The position numbers were made by a program, and so were the translations under genes. A DNA stretch of 64,000 nucleotides from NCBI GenBank assembly GCA_977020255.1, contig CDROCS010000907.1:62001-126000 (forward strand), in the 5' to 3' direction. The notes beneath the pieces were generated by a model. It was not told the DNA's origin. It was given only the letters and a program-made list of their open reading frames with translations, and did no database searches. The stretch comes from Obrimoposthia wandeli. Lineage: Eukaryota. Positions 30,601 to 45,600 of this stretch are shown one piece after another. How positions within the stretch are numbered: position 1 is the stretch's first letter; the number at the start of each line of letters is the position of its first letter.

Positions 30601-33600
30601 ACTTTCTCACTCACTTTATTTGTTACTCACACCATCAATGTCGCTAACTTTTACTCACTCACCCCCACTCATTTCTTTATCAGATACACTCATTTTCTTA
30701 CTCACTCACTCACTATCTTACTCTCAGTCACCGTCACTATCGTTCACGTTTATTCACACTCACTAACAGTAAATCACTCAGTCACTAACTTACTTACTTA
30801 CTCACAAACATGCTCACTCAATGTGTGCTATGTCCGCCATGTAGGACCTGGTGGAGGCCCAGAAGCTTGCGGAGCTGGAGGAAGTGATGCAGTACAAGCT
30901 GGTCCGCGAAAGTCAAGACACTATCAGACGGGCATGGATAGACCGACTTGCGGGCTGTCAAGAGAACATAGACGACTGGCGCCAGCTGCTTCAGATCCGC
31001 AGTCTTGTGCTCAGTCCTCAACAGCTGGCTGGCAGTTGGCTCAAATTTGCGGGTCTCGCGCGACGTAGCGGCCGCACTGAGTTGTCCCGAGTTGTCATAG
31101 AGACACTCTGGAGCCTGACCAACTCCCCTACAGCGGCTGTGTCATCTACGAGGGATGAGGCAATGAGGGTGAGATTCATATTTATTGTGTAGACTTGCTT
31201 TTTTAATAACCTTTGAAAAAGTACTTATTATAAATTGACTAATGGCCACTATATTGTAACTTGCCAAATGAATAGTATTGTGTAATATTTCTAGATATTT
31301 ATTGTTTACTTACTATTGTCAGTAGATGTCCAGTATTACTATTTTTCTTAGAACATTTTATCTAAAAATCTTTGTTGTTTTCTTCAAATATGACATAAAT
31401 AAAATGAATCTTATTTGCAATTGTGCCTCCCCTCATTAGGTACAGTTTGCGCTGGCCAAGTATTCGTGGGCGGTGAACAAGACAGACAAAGCGCAAGATA
31501 TGCTGGAGAAGCTTGTGAACGAGGTGGCCAGTGTTCGACACCGCTACCACGACAATGGCGGTGTCGGCGGTGTGGCTGTTGTTGAGGACCTCAGCCAGGA
31601 CAAGCAAACCCGTTTGCTCTTTGCTAAGTAAGCGGATACTGTGAGGCAATAGTAGTTTGCAGACCACTATTTTCAACGAATACTCAATTATGATTTGTGG
31701 GTTGTGTGACCAGGTGTACACTGAAGCTGGGCCAGTGGTACAGCGAGATGCAGATTCGTGATCTCGACAGTGGCAAGTACAGACACAGCAGCAACCGCTA
31801 CAATGAATCACAGAAGCGCATCATCGCTACCTACCGGATAGCGACCGAGGAAGCTCCGTGGCTTCCACGCGCATGGCAGGCATGGGCGATGGCCAACTAT
31901 GTCAGCATCTGCCAGGCCAAAGCTCGTCTAATGGAGGTGAACAAGGAGATGGGCGCTGTAGCGCGGCAATGGCGCCATTTGCAGACCAGGTCACTCCCCC
32001 AGCAGCCCCAGCAGCTGCAAGCCCGGCAACTGCATAAGCAGCCACAACCGCCAATTGCCGGGACCGCCAACTCCGCCACCAACCAGCTGCCCCCAGACGT
32101 GTTGCGTATGGCTCAGCCCCAACTACGCTTCTCACTGCTACAGGCCCACCAGAAGAGGGGTTACCAGACCGTCTATTTTCCTTCACAGGCACCCCAGATC
32201 CCAGACTCCCTCTCAACATTTGGGCCCGCTGCGGCTGTGATGCACTCCCAACAGCAGGTTTGTCTGCAGTGCGCTCCGCCTCATAGACACATCCGCTGGG
32301 CTTCTTTTGTAGTTGGGATGGGAGCCTCTAAGCCATGAAATTTTCAGAAATTTTCACCCATGAGTACACGGCTTTATTATACAAAATCATGATTCGTGGT
32401 AGTCACGGACGTCGGAGGAACAGAAAATGGTTAGGAGAACAGAGAAAAGTCGGTGAATAATAAGCAGTATCTGAGAATCACGGATAATGATGACAAATTA
32501 ATAAAATACATCAAATTCTATTAAAATGTTCTTTAGTTTATTTCACTGTTATGATAATATAATACAATAAATATGTCATTTGTAATTTTTTTAGTTTTCG
32601 CTGTTATGAAGCAACAGCATCAAAGAAGCTCACTTATCTTGCTGCTTCTCAAAAAAGTTCAATAAATTATTGTATGCTCTGGCTACCTCTGTCATAAGAG
32701 GCAAAGGAGCTCAAAAAGTTCTGAAAATACTTTGGTTCTTGCGACATTTTATGTGAACTGCCAACCATTTATAGTACACAAAGTTTATGGAACGTCATCG
32801 TCTGATGTATCGTTTAAGAGGATCAATAAGTTCTATGCTTTTTTCCCATATCTTGAATTCGCCTGAAAAGAGAGAAGGGGCAGAAAAAGTCACATAGAAG
32901 AACTACAGAAGCCAAAGGAAGATATAACCTTACTGAAATAAATATAAATTACAATCGACACTTGGTCGACTTTTCATTAGCATATTAAAAATATTCCGCT
33001 ATAAATTGTTTTTTTACTGAGTTATGTTACTTTTTTGGGTCTGTGACAAAAAATTTAGTCAGTAAAAGGTCAGGGAAAAATCTGGAATGTCAGCGATTGT
33101 TGCGTGACTCGTGTAAATGTGCATACTTGTTAAGATAGCCGTTCTGACGCGAGGTCGGATGTTTTGGCACCGGGCCGGAGTTTCTTTCATTCGCATTGAA
33201 TAATCATGGCATTAATCCGTAAAAACGACGGCTCAAACATTTACAATTATCATAGAAACTTGGTCTTCTAGGCACAAAATTGGCGCGGGTCAGATAGGAC
33301 GAATAAAGGCGGTAACGATCACCTGGTTGAATTTGTCCTTCATAAAATGCGTTAAAACGTCTTGCAAATAAAAATAAAATAATATCGTTGAGCATCGTTG
33401 CCAGCTGCATTGTGTTCTGTTTTTGAAGTCTTGACTTCATTTTATTATTAAAGAATACTTTTAAATTTTACTACCTGCCTTAAAATATAGTTTTAATACG
33501 TGGATTGCATAAAAATCAGAGCATTGAAATCGATTTTTCTAATTAGTGAATTAAAAAATGCACTTTTAATGCTGATCACGTTTCTCCACTTATTCTCAAA

Positions 33601-36600
33601 TAATGGCATAATGGTTCAGCTGCAGTCGGTGTCACCGGGATCATCCTCGACGATGTCGACGCCCGTGTTACTGGAGGGCTCGGCAGCCGTGCATCATCAC
33701 CATCCAGCTCAGTTCAGTGTGGAGTCGTGCGTGCTGGACCCTGCGGCAGCACAGCAGCAGCTTGTGCGCCACTTTCTGCAGCTGGAGAAGCAGCGCCAAC
33801 ACCTGGCCACCCAGCGTGACTGCCATAGTTTGCCAGCTGTACGCGGCTTCGTCAACGCCATCTCGCTCTGCTCTGCAGCTACCGCCGACAGCACTCCGGC
33901 CTCCAACCTGCAGGACAGTCTGCGCCTCGTCATCCTCCTCTTCCAGTTTGGGCACCTGGCCCCCATCCGAGAGGTCAGTCACTGTTGCATCCACTCCTCC
34001 AGTAATAACACTGGATCTGCAGGTGATCAGAGACGGCCTTACCAAGATCCGGTTAGAGAACTGGCTCCTCGTGATCCAGCAGCTGTTGGCCCGAATTGAC
34101 ACTCAGAAAGAGCATGTCGCTGGCATAATCGTAGGCCTCCTCATTTCCGTAGCCGAGCGCCATCCTCAGGTTTGTCCTTTTAATAAACATTGGCCGATAT
34201 TGATTTTTAAAATATAGTTCAGTGATTTAATTTACATTGATTGATTAATCATTAATCACTGACTAGTATAATTTCTCTCTACAGCCGAGTAGACACAGTA
34301 GGAAAGGCAAATGTACATCGCGTATATAAACGGACTGATTCTTAATTTCAATTAAATAAAGCTTCGATCGTGAGTTTATAATATTGTAAAATTAAATTTT
34401 TTATTCTATAACAATTTGTTTTGCACATTTTTTTGTTCCCATATTCATTATATTAAAACATTTTTATATGATTGTGTAATTTTTTTTGTTTCTTTAAGTT
34501 AAAATTGTAAGAAAATGTAACTCCATTATTTTTAAATGAAGTTATTTATTACTTTCAATCATCTAATAAGTATTTCTTGATAATTATATCAACCTCAGAA
34601 ATTTATAGTGATTACCATCTTTTCACTTGATTAAGTAGATTTATTTTATATATGAAACCCTTGGTAACCCTTATGCATTTAAACAACTTTATTATGTAAA
34701 AATTTAATAATTTCATTGATTTATTTAACTGATAATGTCTTCGAAGAGCTAATATTTTTAGTATTGTTTGTAAATATTAAAATGATTTTTTTGTTTTCAC
34801 ATCAATAACTTTCCTTGTTAGATATTTTACGTATTATCAAGGAAAATGTACATCCATTAATTTTAAGACAATACAGACAAATTTGAATTTTTACTCCAGA
34901 CACACCAATATACGGTTTTGTAAGTGGGCGATGATGATTAGACCGCACACACCAATCTACAGCTTGGCATTTCTACACCTGATTTCAATTTATTTAGATC
35001 GAAGTACGCCAATCATTAAGGTGTCAAAACCTCGATCGATGACTGGGTTGATTCCAAATAACCTAATTTCTTCTATCTTGAAATCCATTTATTACCTGAA
35101 AAATGGGAAAATGTTTTAGTTAGCTATAGAAAACTTTTTGAAGTACCCAATCACTCACAAATTGCCCAAATATATTTTTTCGATCGTTTCCTTTATTGTT
35201 CCTAACTTCACTTCGGATAATAATATACTTTGGACAATAAAGTGCAATAAATATTCATATGTGGTTTGTTGCTGCAGGCCATGATCAGTCCTCTAGTGCT
35301 GGCCTTCAAGTCGGGTGGCTCTGATCGCAGACGATACAACGCCAATAAGATTCTGCACAGCATGGAGACTCACAGTGCCAAACTGGTCGCGGAGGGATTC
35401 ATGGTTTGCGGTCTTCTTTCTCTCTTCTTATCAAATTAGCAGATTTTATGGTTATGAGAAAGTGATCAATCCGATCTGTGATGTGCCATTGCTGCTTTAT
35501 ATTTCACAATTTTAACCCCTGTAATACTTTTCAATCATTTGGATTTTGTATTCGTTAGATAATATAGCTTTGTCTCTCTTGTGAAAGCTATTTTAAGATC
35601 AACTTTTAATATTTGTTTTATCAAGTAAATTATAAAAAAATAACTTTCAATTTATTTTCAAAATTTTAGCCGATTTAAAATTAAATTTTGTTTTTCGATA
35701 CTTTGTATAATGTAAAGTAAATATGTTTCTATTAATGAGTTTGTAGTCATTCATTTTTTAAGGGGATTTTTATGAAAGGACGGGGTGTGATCTTTTGTAT
35801 AGAAGAAAACAGTCTTTCCTTGAGCATACAGGATGATATTTTCATTTGAATGTATAATGTCACTATTGTTTGGAGGTTACTGTAATGCTACTGTCAGCAT
35901 ATTTAATGCAAGACATTCGGTTTTTACGCCAGTACGCCAGATGGGTTTTCCTTTAATTGGTTAACTTGAATTAATGACTAGTCTATTGATTTGCATATTT
36001 AATTATAAAACTTTATTTTAGCTAAACGAGGAGCTGATCCGATTGGCCATCAGCTGGATGGAGATGTGGACAGAGTGTCTGGAGGACGCCAGTAGGCTCT
36101 ACTATGAGGACAAGAATGTGGTAGCCATGTTCAAGCTACTGCATCCTTTGCACCTGCTGATGGACTGCAGCCACAAGACCCTACAGGAGGCGGCCTTTTA
36201 CACTGACTACTGTCAGGACCTCAACTCCGCCAGAACACTCTGCATACGCTACGAGTCCAGCAACTACAAGACCGACCTCACGCAGGCCTGGGAGATATAT
36301 AGCAACCTTTATCGCAAGGTCAGACTATTTCACCACACTCAGTCTGTGTCATTCACGTACTTTTGTTTACAGTCATTGCAAAAGTTATTTTTAACTAGTA
36401 AACCAAAACAGCTTTCGGAATGAATAATTTAGTATCCTTGCACTATAGCTGATCATTAAGTTCTTAATTTATGATTCCCGCTTTTTTCTCTGACTCTCGT
36501 CCTTTGTGCAAATCATACTGAGCTTATATCAACTGATTCTAGTTTACTATCATCAGCAGCGCTGTATTATCATAAAGACTGACTAGACTGGAGCCTCGGG

Positions 36601-39600
36601 ATCATCAAGATCAGGGTCCATGAAACTTCTTTTCTTTCTGTGTTAAATATTAATAATATGGGGATGGAACTGTAATTAACATCGGCTTTTTGAATTATGA
36701 ATGTAAATATATCATATGTTGCTCATTCCATGAGTCTTAAATGCAGGCCTATGTATGTCTAACTGTACAATACAGTACCAGTATTTTTTTATTTCTTTGT
36801 TTCAAGCTGATTAAAGGTTTTCTGCTAAATTTTTTATTTTATTTTATTACTCTATTAATTACTTCTTTTTAATATCATTGCAATCAAATGTACGAAAGAA
36901 GGAAAGCTGAGAGATGTCAAGGAGTCCCGTAGATACATACAGAAGACATATGAATTAATATTCAACATTACTATTCCTATTAAATTGAAATGTTTTGAAG
37001 CAATTGTCTCCTTTTTATATTGAAACTACGCTATAATAAATATACAATATATTTCTTACTTAAATCAGCACTGATCCTTTCTTTGAGAGTGTCAAAAGGC
37101 TGCATGACGCTGAACCCAAGATTTTCAAGACCGCATTCTAACCGAGCAATACAGTCGCATTACATATATTGTTGGAACGTCTTCATCATCGTCTGAAACT
37201 CTTTCTTCACTTGTTCGGTTTTCTCTTTATACTGCAGAATGTCATGAATGAGGTCGTTTAGTTCATTTTCATATCTCCGGAGCTACAATAACCTTGGCAC
37301 CATCACGCGTGGCACCATCACCCACGAACAACCGTTCTCAAATTCATATTCAGCAGGCGATCGTTGGCATTGATGACACATTAGATCCTTATTCAATTTC
37401 GAGTTCTTCTTCGACAATAAAGCTGACTTAGGCCAAACAGTGTTTGATCGTCTGACCGGAGACCTTCTTCCAACCCCTGCGGATGATGTGCCCAGCTTCC
37501 AACATTTTGATCTGCTTTGCAATCACTTAAGCAACAACATTCACTACAGTGTCATCTTTGACATGGGAGATCTTCTGCCGCACCTGGTGTCTGAAATAAC
37601 CTTTCAACATTTTGATGATGTCACAGTGCAGCACTACTGACATCATATCGATGGGAAGAAATTGTACAATGACGTTCTTGTAGGTCACTGTAAAACGACA
37701 ATACCAAGATCAAAGCTACCGTTACACAGAACTCATTTCAAGAAAAGTAGGATTTAGTAAGTGAAGGGAGATATTTTACATTTACAAATTCTGTCTCAAC
37801 CCATTATGGATCCATTAAGTGGGTGGATTTATAAAGCCGTGTCCACTACATAGCCTATTTATATCAAAGTTTCTATGTTGAGAATAACCTTAAAATATAA
37901 TTTCATCAATCTTGTATATAAATTATTGAATTTTATTTGAAATGTATGGGTAAAAGGCTATAATAACTGAGAACTAACTTCAATTACCTTTGATTTGTCT
38001 GAAACCGGTGCAGTGGAGCAAGCAGATCTCGAATGTGAGTATGATCGAGCTGAACGTGGCCTCGCCGCGGCTGCATGAATACCGGGACTGGAGCCTCGCA
38101 ATCCCGGGCAGCTACCAACCGCATCAGGCGGCTGCCCATCCGTCGTCGTCGAGTGGGGTGGTGACCATCGAAACGGTTCGAAACTGCCTCAGCATGATGA
38201 CCAGCAAGCAGCACCCGCGTAAACTCACCCTGCTCGGCAGTGACGGCCACAACTACCTCTTTCTTCTCAAGGGTCACGAGGACATCCGCCAAGACGAGCG
38301 GGCCATGCAGTTCTTTGGGCTCATCAACACCCACCTCGTGGCAGATCCCCTTACGCATCGGCGCAATCTGTCGTGAGTCTATGCTATATCAATCCTATTA
38401 TTAGAAATAAAATACAAAGTTAATTAAATTACACTAACTAGGTTTTCAAATTGATTTAGACTCCGTTTTGTCTGCTAAATTCAGAAATCCAATAAAATTT
38501 TCTCAATCGGGTTAGGTATTTTAGATATTTAAAATCTAAAAAATACATATGTAGTAGAGGAATTTTTTTCAGAGAAAGAAAATGGGCATTAACATATTTT
38601 ATATGACTATATTTGATTTTAGAAAATATTTTTTAACAATTTAATATTGTGTCATTTGTCTATATTTTATGATTTATATATATGTATATATTAGAAATCA
38701 CATTGTTGAGCGGTAAGTTTCAATTGCATATAATTTAAGTAGATTTTGAACTGTTTGTACTGCATAAACGTAAACTGTATGTTTGTATCATGTCCGCTAT
38801 TGATTGATACATACAATACAATGAATCGAAGAACAGGAACCACCCTGACAGATTCTGCTATTATTGTGGAACTGTGCTACTTACAATACTCTTTCAAACC
38901 GTCAGACAAGAATTACAGACTTTGTGCAGGAGTTGTATTGTGCTTACTTTGGTGTCAAACTAGCTGACCAAGATAAGTCCTTCGTCCCTCATATGTGTTG
39001 AAAAACATGCGTCCAAAATTTTCGGGATTCGAGGATTCAACAAAGAAAGTGTTCCGCTGGTGTTGGGGAAAGTAAAAACAACACAACGTATTGTTATTTA
39101 TGTAGGGCACCAATCGTAAGAACAAACCTTGTGTTCAGCATCCTGATGTTCCCTCGGTCATAAAACCAATCCTTGGTCCGGATAAGTCACAGATTTAACA
39201 ATAAAAATGGAAAATAATACTCGATTTCAAAATATTGGTCTGATCAGGAATAGTGGATGCGATTCTCAAAATCAGTATGTAAAACTGAACTATGAATAAT
39301 AAATATACTATTGAGCTTTTACATTACGCCTGCCAATGTTTTCAATTTGACTTTGATAACGAGGGAATTCAACGATCAAAAAGCGAAACTCACAGCCGAA
39401 AAGTAGAAAAGGAATTACCGACGAAAACTAATAAAAGAAAAAATGGATAATCGAACTAACAACCAGGAAGATCTATTTGTGCTTAAGTTGGCCAACTTGT
39501 GAACGGTAAGGATCGGTGAGCGATGCCGAATGGGAATTCGGGAGTTACAATCGTATGCAGGCCACCAATGTGTCTAGGGCTGATGGAAGTCAGTTTGCAA

Positions 39601-42600
39601 CTGCCTAGTGGATCTATTGCTTGAGTTCCTTTGCTTTTGAAATTTCTTTTTTGTTTCTTCTTTTAAATGCTGGCTGATTTTTTACTAATTGATCAAAATA
39701 ATCATTTTAAAAAGTATTTGAAACTTAATAAAAGTCTACAATCGAATTATTAAAACAAAGATATTTTCTCTCAATTATTGTCTGAGCAACACGACCATGT
39801 GCAGGATCCAGCGTATGTCCGTTATCCCGCTGTCAACGAACACTGGCCTGATCGGCTGGGTGCCCAACAGCGACACTCTGAATGCGCTGATCCGCGACTA
39901 CCGTGAGAAGACCGGGGTCCTGCTCAACCGCGAGCACAAGGAGATGCTCAAGATCGCTCCCGACTTCGAGAAACTCAACATCATCCAGAAAACCGAGGTG
40001 TTCGAGGCCGGGATGCATGAAAGTGATGGCAAGGATCTAGCGCACATTCTCTGGCTCAAGAGCCACAACTCTGAGGTGAGAATCATGTTCTCTATATTTA
40101 CTACTCATTTTTATCATTAATATATCGATACTTTTTGTGACACTTTAAATATTGTTGTAACTTAAAATTAATTCTTAAACGCTTTAACAAAATTAAAGCA
40201 TAAAAAGAATTATTTTCAACTGCAAATTTTCAGTCAATTTTGTTGTTGCACAGTTTGTGTTTAAATTTCCATGTTTTGCTATTCAAGTCTTGTTTTTAGA
40301 CGTGGTTCGAGAGACGGTCCAACTTTATTCGATCTTTAGCTGTCATGTCCATGGTGGGCTATGTTCTGGGTCTTGGAGATCGGTGAGTTTCTTAACACTG
40401 TAGGGGGAAAATAGGAATTTTTTTGCAATGAATTCTTTTAAGTATTCTTTCTGGGTTTAAATTTTGTTGTTGTGGTTTAAAAATCCAATTTATCGCGTTC
40501 AAAAATGAAATAAACTGCTTGTTTAAGTTAATATTATATTGGCTACTGATCAATGAATTATAATCCCACTCTCACAATATCCCAAAATATTTATTTGATC
40601 TTCTTTTTAAAGGGGAAATGTAATATTTTGTTGTGTTTTCTAAAAATTTGACTTAGAGAATAAGAAATACTGTCAGGAAAAATGTTAGAATAATAGTTTC
40701 CTCAAAACATTTAAATTATTATTTTTAATAGTATTTTTCATTAAGCCGTTAATTCGTTACGATTATAACTTGAATAAACAAATAAATAAGAATATAAATA
40801 TATTTTAAAACATTGAATATGAGGAGCATAAAAATGTATGTAACAAGTTGTTTTGGCATAAATGAGTTTACATTTTTTAATATTTAAAATCTGTTATTTC
40901 TACCTTTAGTAACTTTCCTTGTTAAATAATAAAACTTTTATCACGTTAGGTACGGACATTTTCATAGCCATATCCCTTCCTCACAGTCACCCCTCCAACA
41001 TCATGTTATGTCGCCAGTCTGGCAAAGTGATTCACATCGATTTCGGTGACTGCTTCGAGGTGGCCACTATGCGGGAGAAATACCCGGAGAAAGTGCCCTT
41101 CCGTCTGACGCGGATGCTGATTGGCGCGATGGAGGTAACCGGTATGGATGGTGTGTTCCGGCAGACATGTGTGCAGCTTGTGCGACTGATGCGGCGCAAC
41201 CGTGAGAGTCTTCTGGCAGTTCTTGAGGCCTTCATCCACGACCCGCTGCTGCAGTGGGTGCTTCACGACAACAACAACGCTGGAGCGGCTACCGCCAGGA
41301 GACATCAGCAGCCCCAGCAGCGGGCCACGGACAGTGGGGCCAATGACCTTACCGACAGCAGTCTCCCTGAGCCACCCGGCACCGCCTCTAATGGCACCCT
41401 TGGCTTCGAGAATACCAACTCTGTGAGTAGTCACAAACGAAGCTGACGGAACATTTTCATGATATGCCAAAAGGCAGTGTACATTGCAACTAGTTATTTG
41501 TAAAATAATTGGTGTGGCTAGTTACATTCGGTATTCCAAGTAATAACGGGTAAGTACACAATATCGGTAGAAACTTACAACTTACAAAAACCTAGAAACA
41601 AAGGCGGTATTGAGGCACTTTCCTTAGGAAAACTTTGATGAAAAATAAATAATTTTTCCTTAATGCATTTCACAAACTTTCCTTCAATTAATCATTACTT
41701 GAGGTATATATTCTTTAGGGTATATTTCAACATTTATATCCACAAACTGTCCTTGTCTATGGAAGTTATTTTAAATTATTTTTTTTAGTGAAAAAATACG
41801 GAAACAATGAAGCTTCTTTATGTAATTTATATATTTAAATTAATAAACATTTGGGAGATTGTGATTCATAGTTTGATGATATTTTTAATCCAAAAATTAT
41901 ATCAGTTTCATTAATTAAAAAATTCATTTTTGAAATAGTATTTTAAAACATTCTTTGACAAATATAATCAAAATCCACAATATCGTAGTAACAAATCACA
42001 ACGCGAATACACAAATTACATTAACAAAATTATTTGAATTTGAATTTTGTCAACTTAATCTATTTTTCGATCAGAATTCTTTTAAACAGCAATTCAACTT
42101 GGTTCGACATTACATCTCTTTCGAAGATATTATCATTTTTTAAAATTATTTTCTTTGTAATCTGGTTTTGTAAATCCTAAATCTAGCTGGTGTTGTAAAA
42201 TGTTATTTTTATATAATTTTGACACTATTATATTATCGGTAGAAAATATTTTCATACTTTTTAACTGACGATGGACAGAATATTGCAGATGAGGTATATA
42301 ATAATATTCCACTCCCTAATCAGGAATGTGGTAATATAATTTTATTGTATTGAATATCAATTGAGAACATAGAAGAAGTCTAATTCTTAGCACTGAAACG
42401 GAACTAATGTCAATAAACATATTTAAATTTTCAGAACAATGTTTGTACATTTGTTTATGTAGATAACATTCAATTATCTTTGTTGCAGGATCTGGATTGT
42501 CTTGTGCATTCACGTTGGTTCCCAAACGAAAATGCAAATTGAGGCTTTTATTTCGTTGGACATTGTATTGGGCGTTTCTTCCGCAGGAGCAATGACTTCA

Positions 42601-45600
42601 AACATTTTTGGAAAACAGTTGCAAATGTATTGATTACATAATTGATTATACTATTCTAATATTTATTTATTACTATTCTAACTAATAGGCTAGAAAGTTG
42701 AATACAAACATTGGAGAATTTATGATATTTTTATTTTTCCGAGCTTTGGGCTTTAAGATTGAACGAACTCTTAAGCTTATAATAAGTAGTTAGTTATTGA
42801 AATTCAAATGGTATACGCTGATGACGATGCGGTGTTTACCCAGGACGCAACTGCTTCTGCCGTGTACGAGCTGCGCAAGGCCCTCAAACTGCTCCCGCCG
42901 AACCATCATCAGCAACAGCAGCAGCAACACCATGCGAGTCGTCCAAACCTTGTGCGTCAGTCGTCCCAGACTGCAGCGACAGCAGATTCGTCCACTTTGC
43001 TGACTTCTGCAGTCCAGTCTGGAGCCTCGTCTGCCCTCAAGATATTCACTGATACCAACTACCCGGACAGTGGGACCTTGCGCAACCCCTTCTCCGTCAA
43101 CCAATGGCGACACCATCTCTGTAATGGGCCCTGGCTCGGCTGCTACAACACCGGTATGCCAAACTGGAAATATGAACTTCAATTTAGATATCTTCACTGG
43201 ACCATTTATTTACAATAGCTTTTTTTATCAATTTATGTACTGTATTTGTTGGTCTATTAGGCTCACAAAACCAAAGCTTAATATCTGAATGCCTCTGGAA
43301 ATATCTAGCTGAGATATAACGCTCTCGTTTACAGGTTTGATGACTAGTCCAGTTATGCAAATACACATCAGGTTGGATTAAAAATAAACGAGTCATAGTC
43401 AGTTGGTGTTTTATTTTTAATGTGTGGCTACATATATAAGACACATGTTCTTCTTCAGAATGAAATAAGATCAACATGTTCCTATAAAATTATAGCATCT
43501 GCTTTACACAGCGACATAATTTTACCTCTGACTTCTAGAAAAATCCCTACACTTTTTATAACGCATCAATCTTGGTATCATTGGTCACTTAAAATAACTC
43601 GTCTTGTGCTTACTACAGTAAACATAGACACATGAAAGGGACTGGACTCGTCTTTCAGCATCCTCGGCGATCCAGTTGCTGTAACTGATCAAATGTTAAC
43701 TTCGGTAACTTCGGTTAAATACCGGTTGAAACTGACAGAATCTTTACAAAAATATCTTTATTCTGAACAAAATATTTGTCATTATAATTATTATCTATTT
43801 TTCCTCATTATATGAATGATGTGCTACATAACGATGGCAAAATTAACCCCACAAAAGTCCATCTTAGATCTGCAATAGATATCAGTATCTGTTGGCTACC
43901 CCACCCTCCAAAACGCCTCCTATTGTTGTTTTTTTACAAAAATCTAGATGATATATCAAAAAATTAAAATAGTTTCGAAACAGCCTTTAAAATGCTTGTA
44001 GAAAATTATAACGATATTTTGTAAATTAAAATAACGTTTAGTAGTGTTGCCAATTATTTTATTCTTGGACGAAATAAGCTATTTTATGTAAAACACAAAA
44101 ATTGCCCCTTTTCTGTAGCGATGTTTTCTAAGACGAGTGAGCGAAACGTCTTTGAAATTGATTATACCACTTTTGGAGAACATATTTCTGGATTTCAACA
44201 AAAACTGCTTGGTCTTCAGGGAAATAAAACCCAGGCCCAACGTCTTCATTCCTCGTATTAGGGCAGTTTGGGGAGAAGTTGCGAGACAAACCGATGCTCA
44301 TTTGAGAGGGAGATAAATCTATCGTTTCTTCCACAACGACATACACATGTGGACAAAGCTTTTCCACGATCGGGTCAATAAAAATCGGATTGGGAACCTA
44401 TTCTTTAACTGATTCTGACTATTTTTGAAAATTCGGTTCTTAGAATTTATAATTTTTTCAACAAAAATCCATATCACGCTCAAATGCACATCATTAAACT
44501 CAATGAAAACATCTCAAATAAATTCCAGAATTAGAGCACGATTTGATTATTTTCCTTCGTTTTTTTTTCAATTAAATTTTACATAAGTTTCTTTTAATGA
44601 AAATTAAATTAAAACATTAACATACTTTTATAGAAAAAGTCATTAAATTTCAATTTTTACTTTTATAAGCTAAGGACTTGAAATTCTAAAATTCCACATC
44701 TAAATTCTGATGTTATATTATAAAATATTAAATTTTTTGTTGCGATGTTTCTTGAGCTTGATCCAAATTTCAATCTTTCGTTAATTTAAGAATTTTAAGT
44801 ATATTTTTTATCTGCTATCTATTTTCAATGTTACACACCTTTTCAATGTTGTAGTTTTTCATGAAATGTTTCTGTTTCCATTGATTTCAAGATTTGTAAG
44901 TATTTATATGTCAACTGCGTTTGGAATACGTCATTTTACAATATTTGTGTTCAACATTTCATTAGATCCAGAACTGTACAACATTAAAATAATAATCTCT
45001 CAAGAACTGTTAATCTAACAAGGAAACGTTTCGCACGGTCATAAAATTAACTCAGTGAAATTTTAGTATATGATAAACATAATATATTGCAATATTAAAA
45101 ATGTAGTTTTACCTGCTATTTATTTATAATAAAAAATTTATATGTATTAAATTTTTATAAAATAAATTTTATAATTTGGTTTAATTGAAATAATTTAAAT
45201 CCAAAAATATAAGTGCACTAGTTGAAATAGTGTTGCGAATTTAAAATCCAATAGGAATTTGGTAAGGTTTTATTTTAAACCAATAACAATTTAATATTTT
45301 AGGTAATTAATTTTTATTTGGTATTTATTCATATAATCACGTTAGTTATATAATTTAATATATTTAAACACATTTATAAGTTTATCACATAAATTTTTCT
45401 TTCGATAACTTTTTATATACTGAAAACTAGCAGATAATGAAATTACTTTTATATGTAGAATTCATTTCATAATTTTTATACAAATTGCGAACTCCTAATT
45501 TTTATGACACCTAAAGTACGTTTCCTTGTAAGACATATGTTAATAATAATTAGACAGGTTCTTTTGAGAAGAAGTATTGTGGTTGGGCATTCTTTTTGAG

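Noticed and set aside
42489-42630. AG-flanked open segment considered as an extra mTOR exon
   Set aside because: The phase-0 frame hits a stop, the open frame has incompatible phase, and the composition is unlike the other exons.
3386-43288. Many overlapping + and - strand ORFs of 60-150 aa over GC-rich patches
   Set aside because: They are alternative-frame or antisense shadows of mTOR exons.
43950-44460. Possible mariner/Tc1 C-terminal remnant on the minus strand
   Set aside because: The DLSP-like motif and end sequence are too degenerate to support a call.
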